Assembly (NCBI GenBank): GCA_963662265.2
Contig: CAXXHA010000032.1
Span: forward strand, 1-64,000
From: Spirochaetia bacterium
GTDB lineage: Bacteria > Spirochaetota > Spirochaetia > CADAEX01
DNA: 64,000 nt
Reading direction: 5' to 3'
In this document: positions 29,409 to 39,453 of the stretch, in pieces
Layout: each line of letters starts with the position of its first letter
Numbering within the stretch: the stretch's first letter is position 1
The notes under the pieces: generated by a model
Told to the model about the DNA's origin: nothing
Seen by the model: the letters and a program-made list of their open reading frames with translations, nothing else
Databases searched by the model: none
Translations under genes and position numbers: made by a program

Positions 29409-30203
29409 ATGAAATTAAAACATTCACCATACCAAATCTTTAAACAGAGCAAATCCCCGGCAGCTCTTTATGCCAGAAAAAAATGGATAGGAGAATCTGA
29501 ATCCCTGGAATGGAAAAGGGATTTTAAAATTACTGTAGATAAAATCCTTGATAACGGAATCTGGGATGATGATAATACAGCTTCAGTTGTCAGAAAGCTT
29601 TTCAGTCTTCATCTCACAGTAAGGGATAAGACACCTGAAATTGAAGATGCGCTTTTCAGACTGATTGAGAAATCGGAAGTTTTTCTGACAACCATGGAAG
29701 AATCATTAATATCGGAACCTGATCTTGAAAATCTTCCTTTTGCCTCAGGAAAGAACTTCATTGTCATCCCTGCAGCTGCACTCTTTCTGGCATCTATTTT
29801 CGGACTGTCAGGCACCCGGGCAGCTGATAAGCTTTTTAAAAATATCACTTCTTTATCAGGCAGTTTTACATCTCCTGCAGACAGTATTGTATTCAGCCAC
29901 AATCTTTTCAGAGCCCTTGCAGTAACACCTGAATATATGTTTCATCCCGAAACTGAAAGGATAATAAAAATGCTTATAGAAACACAGTCTGAAAAAGGTG
30001 ACTGGGACGGGGAACTGCCGTTTTACCAGGCAGTAAATGCAGCAGCCCATATAAAATCAGAATATTCAGACATAATCATAAATAAAGCACTTCCCTCTAT
30101 TTTAAGTAATCAGAACAGAGACGGTTCGTGGGGCGAGGTAAAAAACAGGGAATGGAATACCTTCCTTACTGTTCATGCTTTGAAAAACAGGAATTTACTG
30201 TAA
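29409..30203 (+). CDS. Hypothetical protein with prenyltransferase/squalene-cyclase-like QW repeats
   Basis: 264-aa ORF with TQSEKGDW and NQNRDGSW motifs. Confidence 0.6.
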   Translation: MKLKHSPYQIFKQSKSPAALYARKKWIGESESLEWKRDFKITVDKILDNGIWDDDNTASVVRKLFSLHLTVRDKTPEIEDALFRLIEKSEVFLTTMEESLISEPDLENLPFASGKNFIVIPAAALFLASIFGLSGTRAADKLFKNITSLSGSFTSPADSIVFSHNLFRALAVTPEYMFHPETERIIKMLIETQSEKGDWDGELPFYQAVNAAAHIKSEYSDIIINKALPSILSNQNRDGSWGEVKNREWNTFLTVHALKNRNLL

Positions 30204-30279
30204 ATCAAGGGAAGACATTCATAATATATGAGAATTTTCATGGAAAGTTTTCTGAAAATCTATGTAAGCAAAGCTGTTT

Positions 30280-30558
30280 CTAGAAAAATATAGCACCTAT
30301 AGTAATAAGCGAGAAGAAAAAGCCTGCACCATTTGCAATAAGAAGAAACAGGTCTTTCCTGTATAAACCGTAAGCAAACCACACAACTGTACTTATAATT
30401 GTCATTAATGGCTGAAACCAGATTGTTGTAATTCCCCGGTGGTTATTGACTGCAATTTCTATCATGCTGGAAAACATTACTGTTGTAAGAATTGCCCCGA
30501 AGAGCCCCATTATTTTTTCCGGTGTAAATCTCTTGTTCTTTACTGCTGCTGTACTCAT
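30280..30558 (-). CDS. SemiSWEET/PQ-loop-type small transporter
   Basis: Three hydrophobic helices with QP and WFAYG...DLFLLIAN motifs; likely start ATG 30558. Confidence 0.72.
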   Translation of the reverse strand: MSTAAVKNKRFTPEKIMGLFGAILTTVMFSSMIEIAVNNHRGITTIWFQPLMTIISTVVWFAYGLYRKDLFLLIANGAGFFFSLITIGAIFF

Positions 30559-30713
30559 CCTTCCGGGTTCCTTATATTTTATAAAATTCTGGTAAACAAT
30601 TATCAGCTTCAGGATATATACACTCAGCAAGGTTTAATGTCAACTATTGCTGATAGTGTTTTATCGATTATTTATATTGAAAAAATGATTATAATTTATC
30701 TTCAGTTAAAGAA

Positions 30714-31679
30714 TCAGTAATCCCTCCCCTTTCCAGAATCAGTAATAACTGTCAGTTTTGCAGGATATGGTTTCAAAAAAAACTGTCCTTTTAAATAAGT
30801 GTTGTTGAATCTGACTGCATATGAATCAAGCATATGGAGAGGCACGCTCAAAGGAATTCTTTCATCCCTGTATTCTTCGACAGTATCAAGAAACAGCTTT
30901 TTTTCATCTGTAGACAGCCCCTCTGATATCCATCCGAATGCATGATAAAGCGAATTAATTATTGCAGTATATTTAGGAGGAGATGAAAGTATTTTATTCA
31001 TTTCTTTTTCATAAAGTGAAAAGACTTCATTATGATTAAGCTTTTTGTGATTGGCAACAATTGAACCGCATTTACGGAACGATGATTCCCGGTAAGCAAG
31101 AAAAAGGAGCTTGTGAGATGCCTGGAATTTAACAAGATCTTTCATTTTTTCATCTTTTTTTATTTGCCGAAATCTTGCTAATGTAAAAAGTTTTATAAGA
31201 AAATGTTCCCTGATAGAAAAATTCCTGAGTCTTCCCTCATCTTCGACTGCTGCATGAGGATATTTTTCCAATACAGCTGATCCGAAAAAACCATTACCCC
31301 GATAACTTCTTGCAGAAGGATCTGTCCCTTTATAAATCTTTACATCAGAAATTCCGCATGTAGGAGAACGGTTTTTAAGTATAAATCCGTCTATTTCTCC
31401 AGAACCTTCAAGATATGTATCAATAAAATCATTCATTTTATCAGTAACATCAAGATCAGAAGATGGCTGGAAAAGTTTATATTTTCCATTAATATCGGAT
31501 ATTCTGACAGCTTTTCTCGGAACTCCAAGTCCTATTTCTGTTTCAGGACATGTTGTTACAATTTCTGCATAATTTCTGATTTTTTCGACAAAAGGATCTT
31601 TAAGTGTCTGCCCGTCATACCTGCACTTTGCAAATCCGAGGCATTTGCTTACAAAGATTCTGGGTTTAATTGTATCCAT
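30714..31679 (-). CDS. DUF523 (TudS desulfidase)-DUF1722 fusion protein, RudS/YbgA-like
   Basis: VSKCLG..CRYDG, TCPE..IGLGVPR, LKNRSPTCG, EDEGRL, then LVKFQASHK and HAFGW...YL.GQ.FL.PYP. Confidence 0.88.
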   Translation of the reverse strand: MDTIKPRIFVSKCLGFAKCRYDGQTLKDPFVEKIRNYAEIVTTCPETEIGLGVPRKAVRISDINGKYKLFQPSSDLDVTDKMNDFIDTYLEGSGEIDGFILKNRSPTCGISDVKIYKGTDPSARSYRGNGFFGSAVLEKYPHAAVEDEGRLRNFSIREHFLIKLFTLARFRQIKKDEKMKDLVKFQASHKLLFLAYRESSFRKCGSIVANHKKLNHNEVFSLYEKEMNKILSSPPKYTAIINSLYHAFGWISEGLSTDEKKLFLDTVEEYRDERIPLSVPLHMLDSYAVRFNNTYLKGQFFLKPYPAKLTVITDSGKGRDY

Positions 31680-32003
31680 AGATATAATTGTAAGCATTAA
31701 AAGTGTTCGTTTCAATTTTAAATTCAAAATCATTAAATTTTTGCTTCAAATATTTTCCTTTTTGTTATCAAAACCCCCATATTGATTATATTTCTTTATT
31801 TATCTATTATACCGTTTAATGAAATGAACTGGAGCCGGTGAATAATACATAAAAATAGCTATAAATATTTTCCTGTTAAATAAATATTTTTTTATTTTTT
31901 GATGGTTAAAAATTATTATTTCCGGCATAATATGGACAATGTAGATTCTATCAAAAGAAACAAGATAGAAGACTCTAAACAGCACATAAATATGGAGAAA
32001 ATT

Positions 32004-33227
32004 ATGGATGGAAGAGAAATTATACTTTTAAACGTATCAGGAGAAGACAAACCAGGTCTTACAGCAACACTGACAAAAATTCTTGCTGATTATGATGTTA
32101 ACATTCTTGATATCGGTCAGGCAGTAATACATGATGTACTGTCGCTGGGTATACTGTTTGAAGTACCCGGAAAGCATAATTCCTCGCCAATCCTGAAAGA
32201 TCTCCTTTTTAAAACTCATGAACTTGGAATAAATGTCAAATTCGATCCTATCCCGGAAGAACATTACTCAGAATGGGTCAATTCCCAGGGAAGAGACCTT
32301 TTCATTATTACACTTCTGGGAAGGGAACTGACATCAAATCATATTTCAGAAATAACAACTATTATCTATGACCAGGGATTCAATATAGATAAAATTGACA
32401 GGCTCTCCGAGAGGATTCCTGTTGGATGCGAAGACAACAGGAAAATAAAGAGGTCCTGTATAGAATTTGCAGTAAGAGGAACTCCTGACAATATTTCTGA
32501 AATGAAAAAGAAATTTCTTGAAATAAGCCATGAACAGAATATTGATATTTCATTTCAGAAAGACAATATATACAGACGAAACAGAAGGCTTATCTGCTTT
32601 GACATGGATTCAACACTGATACAGTGCGAGGTTATTGTAGAGCTTGCAAAACGGGCAGGTGTTGGTGAAAAAGTTGCCGAAATTACAGAAGCTGCAATGA
32701 GGGGGGAATTCGACTTCAAGGAAAGCTTCAAAAGACGGGTAGCACTTCTTAAAGGGCTTGATGAGTCTGTCATGAAGGAAATAGCTGAAAGCCTTCCCAT
32801 AACAGAAGGGGCTGAAAGGTTAATCAGAAACCTGAAGCACCTGGGATACAAGGTTGCAATACTTTCAGGAGGTTTCACTTACTTCGGAAATCATCTGAAG
32901 AAAGTACTTGGCGTCGACTATGTATTTTCCAATGAACTTGAAATAAAGAACGGAAAACTCACAGGGAAACATGTGGGTGAAATTGTTGACGGTGCGAAAA
33001 AAGCGGAATACCTGAAGACACTCATTGAAATTGAAAAAATCCACCCTGACCAGAGTATTGCGGTGGGAGACGGTGCCAATGATCTTCCAATGATCAATCT
33101 CGCGGGGCTTGGCGTGGCATTCCATGCGAAACCGGTTGTAAAGGAAAACTCAGAATATTCAATATCATCTCTCGGCCTTGATGGTCTTCTATACCTTCTC
33201 GGATTCAGAGACAGGGATGTAATTTAA
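32004..33227 (+). CDS. serB: Phosphoserine phosphatase with two N-terminal ACT domains
   Basis: GEDKPG ACT domain, FDMDSTLI HAD motif, SGGF, GDGANDLPM; GGAG RBS before ATG 32004. Confidence 0.95.
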   Translation: MDGREIILLNVSGEDKPGLTATLTKILADYDVNILDIGQAVIHDVLSLGILFEVPGKHNSSPILKDLLFKTHELGINVKFDPIPEEHYSEWVNSQGRDLFIITLLGRELTSNHISEITTIIYDQGFNIDKIDRLSERIPVGCEDNRKIKRSCIEFAVRGTPDNISEMKKKFLEISHEQNIDISFQKDNIYRRNRRLICFDMDSTLIQCEVIVELAKRAGVGEKVAEITEAAMRGEFDFKESFKRRVALLKGLDESVMKEIAESLPITEGAERLIRNLKHLGYKVAILSGGFTYFGNHLKKVLGVDYVFSNELEIKNGKLTGKHVGEIVDGAKKAEYLKTLIEIEKIHPDQSIAVGDGANDLPMINLAGLGVAFHAKPVVKENSEYSISSLGLDGLLYLLGFRDRDVI

Positions 33228-33548
33228 GTATCCCGGATCATGAGAATTCTGTTCTGTTTCATGTTATAATTCAGCAGCTTCCACCTGCTGGCATGCCGGA
33301 AAAGACAGGTATTAACATCTTGTAGGCATTTCTGGAAATACGTGTTTTTTCCTTTGATACCTGAAAGCAGGGAAATATCATAAAATACAGGCTGAAAGCT
33401 GCCGGTAATATTTATCAGAAGCATTCAGCCTTTTTTTCAATAATGATTCCAGTTAAGAAAACATCTTTTAAACAAAAAGCCCCGCATTTATAAACAGTCA
33501 AGACGGATGCAAGGCTTTTGTGCAATGTTAAATCTATGTTTAAGTATT

Positions 33549-35615
33549 TTAAATCACTTTGGCAGATTCTTTCGCAAGCCTTCTCTTCTGTACAAGAATA
33601 ATTCCGAAATAAACCGCTACAGAGAGAACTGAAACAATTATACTTTTCCCGCCGATTCCAATCATATCAGCAACAAGATATGGCCTGAAAAGTGTGAAAG
33701 TTATTATTATCAGCATTACAGTCTCATACCACCTGTTTTTCATCACAGTGAAATTCTGTGTTCCTGATGAGAAGGCAAACATGGCAATAAGCGAAGTAAA
33801 GAAAATCCATACAACCTTATAGACTGATGATATTCCGATCAGGAGAAGGTCTGTATTGAATATGAAAATAAAGGGAAGTATTACAGTTCTCAGTGAATAG
33901 CTGAATGCCTGTATTCCTGTTTTTATCGGATTTGATTTTGCAAGTGCCGCGGCTGCAAATGCTGCAAGTCCAACCGGGGGGGTAACATCGGCGAGTATTC
34001 CGAAAAAGAATACAAACAAATGTGCCGCAATAAGGGGAAATTCAACCCCTGCCTTTGCCCCGAGTGTCACAATAACAGGGGCTGTAAGTGTTGCCATTAC
34101 TATGTAGTTGGCTGTAGTCGGGAGCCCCATACCGAGTATGAGACTTGCTATTGCAGTAATTACAAGGATGAGTATAAAATTCCCCCCTGAGAGTATTTCA
34201 ATAACCTCTGTAATAATTCCGCCCAGCCCGAGAGTAACAACACCTACAATAATACCGGCAGCTGCAACTGCAACACCGATTCCCATCATGTTTTTTCCGC
34301 CTGCAACAAGCGCGTCATAAATCTGCCTTGCACTCATTATAAGAGCCTCTTTCAGGGATCCTCCGTCCCTCCTTGCAATTATAATATTCTGCACAGGAAT
34401 AAGTACTGCAAGAACACAGATAGCCTTGAAAGCTGCAAGCTGAGGAGAATGCCTGAAAACAACAAGTTCAATAATAAGGAACAGAAGCGGAAGCATGAAG
34501 TGAAGACCGGAAATAAGAGTCTTGAAAAAGTTCGGTATCTCATCTTTTGGAAGTCCTTTGAGTCCCAGTTTTCCAGCTTCAATATGTGATATATAAACAA
34601 GAGCAACATATGCAATTACTGCAGGAATAAAAGCTGCTTTGATAACTTCGAAATAAGGTATGTTGCAGTATTCTGCTATTATGAACGCTGCAGCTCCCAT
34701 GATAGGGGGCATCAGCTGGCCGTTTGTACTGCATGCAACCTCTACAGCCCCAGCCTTGTGTGCCGGGTACCCGACACTCTTCATGAGCGGTATTGTAAAT
34801 GTCCCGGTAGTTACTGTGTTTGCAATACTTGACCCGGAGACCATTCCGGTAAGACCGCTTGCAAGAATTGCAGCTTTTGCAGGCCCCCCCCTGAAACGTC
34901 CGAGGAGAGAAAACGCTATATCAACGAAATATTTCCCCGCCCCGGCCTTGTCAAGCATTGCCCCGAAAAGGACAAACAGAAATACAATAGTTGCAGATAC
35001 ATCAAGTGGAACACCGTAAATACCTTCAGTCGAAAGAGTAAGCTGTCCCAGGAAACGGTTTACAGATACCCCTTTAAAAGCTATGACAGCAGGCATATAG
35101 GGGCCGAAAAAAGCATAAAGAATAAAAAAAGATGCAATCACAGACAGGGCTGGTCCCAGTGATCTTCTTGCAGCTTCAAGAAGCAGCACAATCAAAACAA
35201 AACCGACAATTATATCGCGGGGAAGAGGCGAGCCCTGCCTGGTGCTGATTCCAACATAATCAAATGCAATGTAAAGAGCTGCAAGGGAAGCAGTCAGTGC
35301 TATTGCCAGATCAAACATTGTAATTCTGTCCCTGGAGGCAAAATAGTTGAGGATCCTGTTCTTTTTGGGCTTTTTAAAAAAAGGATGGCTCAAAAATACA
35401 AGAAAAATTGCAAATGCAAAATGTATTGCCCTGACAATTGTCGAATTAAGGAGCAGAAATGTTGCAAGTGAAAGCTGAAAAAGGGACCAGGCTGCAGCAA
35501 CTGCGGGGATAAGCCATTTAGTCCAGTTATCAATTTTTCTTAAATCACCTTCAGCTTCATCAACTATCCTCTGTGCCTCATCAATATCTTCTCTCTTTAT
35601 TTCATCAATAGCCAA
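33549..35615 (-). CDS. TRAP transporter fused permease (4TM/12TM, TAXI type)
   Basis: GGPAKAA, SGSSIANTVTTG, GQLMPPIMGAAAF, GMGLPTTANY and DVTPPVGLAA motifs. Confidence 0.93.
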   Translation of the reverse strand: MAIDEIKREDIDEAQRIVDEAEGDLRKIDNWTKWLIPAVAAAWSLFQLSLATFLLLNSTIVRAIHFAFAIFLVFLSHPFFKKPKKNRILNYFASRDRITMFDLAIALTASLAALYIAFDYVGISTRQGSPLPRDIIVGFVLIVLLLEAARRSLGPALSVIASFFILYAFFGPYMPAVIAFKGVSVNRFLGQLTLSTEGIYGVPLDVSATIVFLFVLFGAMLDKAGAGKYFVDIAFSLLGRFRGGPAKAAILASGLTGMVSGSSIANTVTTGTFTIPLMKSVGYPAHKAGAVEVACSTNGQLMPPIMGAAAFIIAEYCNIPYFEVIKAAFIPAVIAYVALVYISHIEAGKLGLKGLPKDEIPNFFKTLISGLHFMLPLLFLIIELVVFRHSPQLAAFKAICVLAVLIPVQNIIIARRDGGSLKEALIMSARQIYDALVAGGKNMMGIGVAVAAAGIIVGVVTLGLGGIITEVIEILSGGNFILILVITAIASLILGMGLPTTANYIVMATLTAPVIVTLGAKAGVEFPLIAAHLFVFFFGILADVTPPVGLAAFAAAALAKSNPIKTGIQAFSYSLRTVILPFIFIFNTDLLLIGISSVYKVVWIFFTSLIAMFAFSSGTQNFTVMKNRWYETVMLIIITFTLFRPYLVADMIGIGGKSIIVSVLSVAVYFGIILVQKRRLAKESAKVI

Positions 35616-35951
35616 ATTCTGTCTCCTGTATCTGTTGTATGATCCTGTTTTGCAATAACGGAAAAACGGGATATTTTAATTTACACTTACAATATCTTCA
35701 TTACAAACAGGATATACAGACAAGCCTGTTTACTCTGCAGGAATAAAAACCGTAATATAAAGGTATATACTGTAAGGATTAGTCAGCATAATGACCCGGT
35801 ACCGGGCAAATAAAATGCATGTCCAGATTGTATTTTAAATGAATATATTAAAGCAGTAAATAGCTCTGAAATTGAAGGACAGTTTTTTTGGCAGGATTGC
35901 CGGCTTTTTTATCAGGCAGAAACTTTTCAGCAGAAATTATCAGTAGAATTT

Positions 35952-35983
35952 AAAAGAGGCTTCCATAATCAGCAGAAGCCTCT
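35952..35983 (-). terminator. Stem-loop/terminator after the TAXI binding-protein gene
   Basis: agaggcttc/gaagcctct stem, followed by TTTT on the minus strand. Confidence 0.6.
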
Positions 35984-36019
35984 CTTATCAGTATTGTTTT
36001 AATACTTGTGATATCTATA

Positions 36020-37006
36020 TTACTTGAGTCCTGCTTCCTTGAAGTATTTCATTGCACCGTCATGAATCGGAGCAGAAAGACCTGTAAGCATGCTTTCTTT
36101 TGTTATATCTGCAAATGCAGGATGAAGAGTCTTGAAATCTTCGAGATTGTCGAAAAGCTCTTTTGTTATTGCATAAACAATATCATCACTCACATCAGAA
36201 GAAGTACAGAGAGTAGCTTTAACACCATATGTTACAGCATCATCCTTGTTTGTAGCATTTGGATAGTATTTTACAGGAATTGTTGATTTTGCAAAATAAG
36301 GGAATTCAGCAAGAAGATTATCAACCTTATCAATGCTTACAAAATGTGTTTTTCTTGTACCGGCAGTAGCTTCCTTGAAAGAACCGTTAGGATGACCTAC
36401 TGTATAGAAATAAGCATCAATTCTTCCGTCCTGAAGCATTTTTGCACATTCTGACGGTTTAAGTCCTTCAGGAGTAATATCTTTTTCCCAGTCCATGCCG
36501 TAAGCCTTGAATGTTTCAATTGCATTTCCCCTGTTTCCGCTTCCCGGATTACCGATATTTACAACCTTACCCTTGAGGCTTTCAAAATCTGTAATTCCCG
36601 CGTCATCAGCAGCAAGAAGTGTAATTGATTCCGGATAGATGGAACATACTGCTCTTAATTTTTCCTGTTTTCCTTTTTCTGCCCACTCTGCAGTTCCATA
36701 GTATGCCTGATACTGTCTGTCAGACTGAACCATACCGAACTCGAGGTCACCTGCAAGAATAGCATTTACATTGAATACTGATCCGCCTGTAGATTCAACT
36801 GTAACTTTAAGGTTATATATATCAGATTTTTTGTTGACAATTTTACTGATAGAACCGCCTGTAGGATAGTAAGTACCGGTAACTCCCCCTGTACCTATTG
36901 TTGCAAATTTCAGAGCTCCTGATTTTGTATCTGATTCACTTTTGCTGCATGACATTACTGATGCAAGCAGCATAACTGCAAGCAGTACTGTTAAAAGCTT
37001 TTTCAC
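36020..37006 (-). CDS. TAXI family TRAP solute-binding lipoprotein
   Basis: Lipobox SVMS-C; IGTGGVTGTYYPTG, STGGSVFN, GNPGSG and PIHDGA motifs. Confidence 0.93.
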   Translation of the reverse strand: MKKLLTVLLAVMLLASVMSCSKSESDTKSGALKFATIGTGGVTGTYYPTGGSISKIVNKKSDIYNLKVTVESTGGSVFNVNAILAGDLEFGMVQSDRQYQAYYGTAEWAEKGKQEKLRAVCSIYPESITLLAADDAGITDFESLKGKVVNIGNPGSGNRGNAIETFKAYGMDWEKDITPEGLKPSECAKMLQDGRIDAYFYTVGHPNGSFKEATAGTRKTHFVSIDKVDNLLAEFPYFAKSTIPVKYYPNATNKDDAVTYGVKATLCTSSDVSDDIVYAITKELFDNLEDFKTLHPAFADITKESMLTGLSAPIHDGAMKYFKEAGLK

Positions 37007-37282
37007 TAGATGTCTCCTTTGATGATTTATAAAGATATATCTTTATGAAATTGTACAGATATTCACAGAATTTAGCAATAAATATTAATAACAATATCAG
37101 CAGGGTAACTTCAGGTTATAAATAGATATGGAGGAATCTCAACCCGCTCATCCATGGTGTAATATTGCAGCCAACTTTCCGGGATATGCGGAAGTTATTC
37201 CCCTGTAAAACCGGTGTTAAAATGTTTAAGGTATTTTCCCCGGGGCAAAGGAAGGAGAACAAAACCTTCCTTTAGAAAAAAT

Positions 37283-37317
37283 AAAAAAATGCGGTTTCCC
37301 CTGGGGAAGAACCGCAT
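37283..37317 (-). terminator. Rho-independent terminator downstream of ettA
   Basis: Minus strand atgcggttcttcccc-aggggaaaccgcat followed by a T-run. Confidence 0.65.
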
Positions 37318-37474
37318 CATATAATTTTATAATCCCGTGTCAGGTGCCGCTACTCTGCAAGGCTGGACACCGGGGCAGCATGATTCTCAAAACATACGAA
37401 TCATCTGCCAAGTGCCGTTGCTTAATGCTTCAGGGTACATGAACATAATAATTTTCAATAAAAAACAGGATAAA

Positions 37475-39160
37475 TTAGTCCCTTGTCAGGTGCCTGTACT
37501 TGATCCTGTGAGGCTGGTCTGCATCTATGCCGAGCCTTTTCTTTCTGTCAGCCTCATACTCTGAGTAGTTGCCTTCAAACCAGTAAACCTTGCTGTCTCC
37601 CTCGAAAGCAAGAATATGTGTTGCAATCCTGTCAAGGAACCACCTGTCGTGGCTTATGACAACAGCACAGCCTGCAAAGTTCAGAAGTCCCTCTTCAAGA
37701 GCACGGAGAGTGTTGACATCAAGGTCGTTGGTCGGCTCATCAAGAAGAAGAACATTAGCCTCTTCCTTAAGCATCATCGCAAGGTTAACCCTGTTTCTTT
37801 CTCCACCGGAAAGCACTTCAAGTTTTTTCTGCTGATCAGCTCCGGTAAAATTAAACCTGGCAACATAGGCACGGGAATTCATCTCCTTGCTTCCGATTTT
37901 TACTATATCGCTGTTGCCGGAAATTGTTTCCCAGATAGTCTTATTGTCATCAAGCCCTTCCCTTGTCTGGTCGACATGGGCAAGTTTAACAGTTTCACCG
38001 AGTTTAATGCTTCCGTTGTCAGGTGTTTCAACACCTGTAATCATCTTAAACAGTGTTGTCTTACCAGCTCCGTTAGGCCCTACTATACCGATAATACCTC
38101 CGGGAGGCAGGGTAAAATCCATGCCTTCGACAAGTATCCTGTCCTCAAAGCTCTTTGTAATATTTTTAGCTTCAATAACCACATCACCAAGCCGGGGTCC
38201 CGGCGGAATATAAATCTGAAGATCAGAGAGGGTCGCTTTTGCCTCCTGGCTCAACAGGTTCTCGTATGAACTGATCCTTGCCTTTGATTTTGCATGTCGC
38301 CCCTTGGGATTCATTCTGATCCATTCAAGCTCTTTCTGGAGAGTCTTCTGTCTTTCAGTTTCCTGTTTGGCTTCCTGAGCAAGCCTGTTTTCCTTCTGCT
38401 CAAGCCATGATGAATAGTTACCTTTCCATGGAATTCCCTTGCCCCTGTCAAGCTCTAGAATCCAGCCTGCAACATTATCTAGAAAATACCTGTCATGAGT
38501 TACTGCAATAATTGTACCCTCATATCTCTGGAGATGGTGTTCAAGCCATGCAACAGTTTCAGCATCAAGATGGTTTGTCGGTTCATCAAGGAGGAGAATA
38601 TCAGGTTTCTGAAGGAGAAGACGGCAGAGAGCCACCCTTCTTTTCTCCCCTCCTGAAAGGACCTGAACTTTAGTATCTTCAGGCGGGCACCTGAGTGCAT
38701 CCATTGCCATTTCAAGCCTTGAATCAAGCTCCCATGCATCTGCAGCATCAAGTTCCTCCTGGACCTTTCCCTGCCGGATGAGAAGCTTGTCCATCTCATC
38801 ATCATCCATAGGCTCGCCGAATTTTTCATTGATCTCATCAAACTCTTTAAGAAGAGCAACAACAGGGCCCACACCCTCTTCAACAATATCCCTTACTGTT
38901 TTTTCAGGATCAAGTTCAGGTTCCTGTTCAAGATAGCCCAGTGTATATCCTGGGCTTACAGCAGTTTCACCGTTGAACTCCTTGTCGACTCCTGCAAGTA
39001 TTTTCAGGAGGGAACTTTTCCCGGATCCGTTGAGACCAAGGACACCTATTTTTGCCCCGTAGAAATAGGAAAGTGAAATATCTTCAAGAACCTTTTTTGT
39101 ACCGTGGCTCTTGCTTACCCTCATCATCGAGTAAATTATTTTTTTATCATCATCAGCCAT
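37475..39160 (-). CDS. ettA: Energy-dependent translational throttle protein EttA (ABC-F)
   Basis: GAKIGVLGLNGSGKS, two ABC domains, ELEWIR..PKGRHAKSKAR linker and PHRIKYR tail. Confidence 0.95.
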   Translation of the reverse strand: MADDDKKIIYSMMRVSKSHGTKKVLEDISLSYFYGAKIGVLGLNGSGKSSLLKILAGVDKEFNGETAVSPGYTLGYLEQEPELDPEKTVRDIVEEGVGPVVALLKEFDEINEKFGEPMDDDEMDKLLIRQGKVQEELDAADAWELDSRLEMAMDALRCPPEDTKVQVLSGGEKRRVALCRLLLQKPDILLLDEPTNHLDAETVAWLEHHLQRYEGTIIAVTHDRYFLDNVAGWILELDRGKGIPWKGNYSSWLEQKENRLAQEAKQETERQKTLQKELEWIRMNPKGRHAKSKARISSYENLLSQEAKATLSDLQIYIPPGPRLGDVVIEAKNITKSFEDRILVEGMDFTLPPGGIIGIVGPNGAGKTTLFKMITGVETPDNGSIKLGETVKLAHVDQTREGLDDNKTIWETISGNSDIVKIGSKEMNSRAYVARFNFTGADQQKKLEVLSGGERNRVNLAMMLKEEANVLLLDEPTNDLDVNTLRALEEGLLNFAGCAVVISHDRWFLDRIATHILAFEGDSKVYWFEGNYSEYEADRKKRLGIDADQPHRIKYRHLTRD

Positions 39161-39453
39161 AATATCTCCTTTAACATGATCAGTTTATATGCAATTCCTA
39201 AAATTATATTTTTTGAAGTATTGTTCCATAAAATCTGCATTCTCCGGTGAAGATCTAACTCACAGCAGAATTTTTTAACTACATTTCATTGTATGATCTA
39301 TACTTACATAAAATCCGGAATCAGTCTATCACCGGTAAATCATGAGCATGAGTATTATAGATATTGAGCTGTTTATTCAACTGAAATTTAAAAAAATCTG
39401 TAAAATATTTTAACAGAGGATTTTCAGAATATTTTAAAACATCTATGCATAAA

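Noticed and set aside
35616-36019. 400-bp gap between the TAXI binding protein and permease, where a DUF1850 gene often lies
   Set aside because: No credible ORF or remnant found; only a stem-loop and AT-rich sequence.
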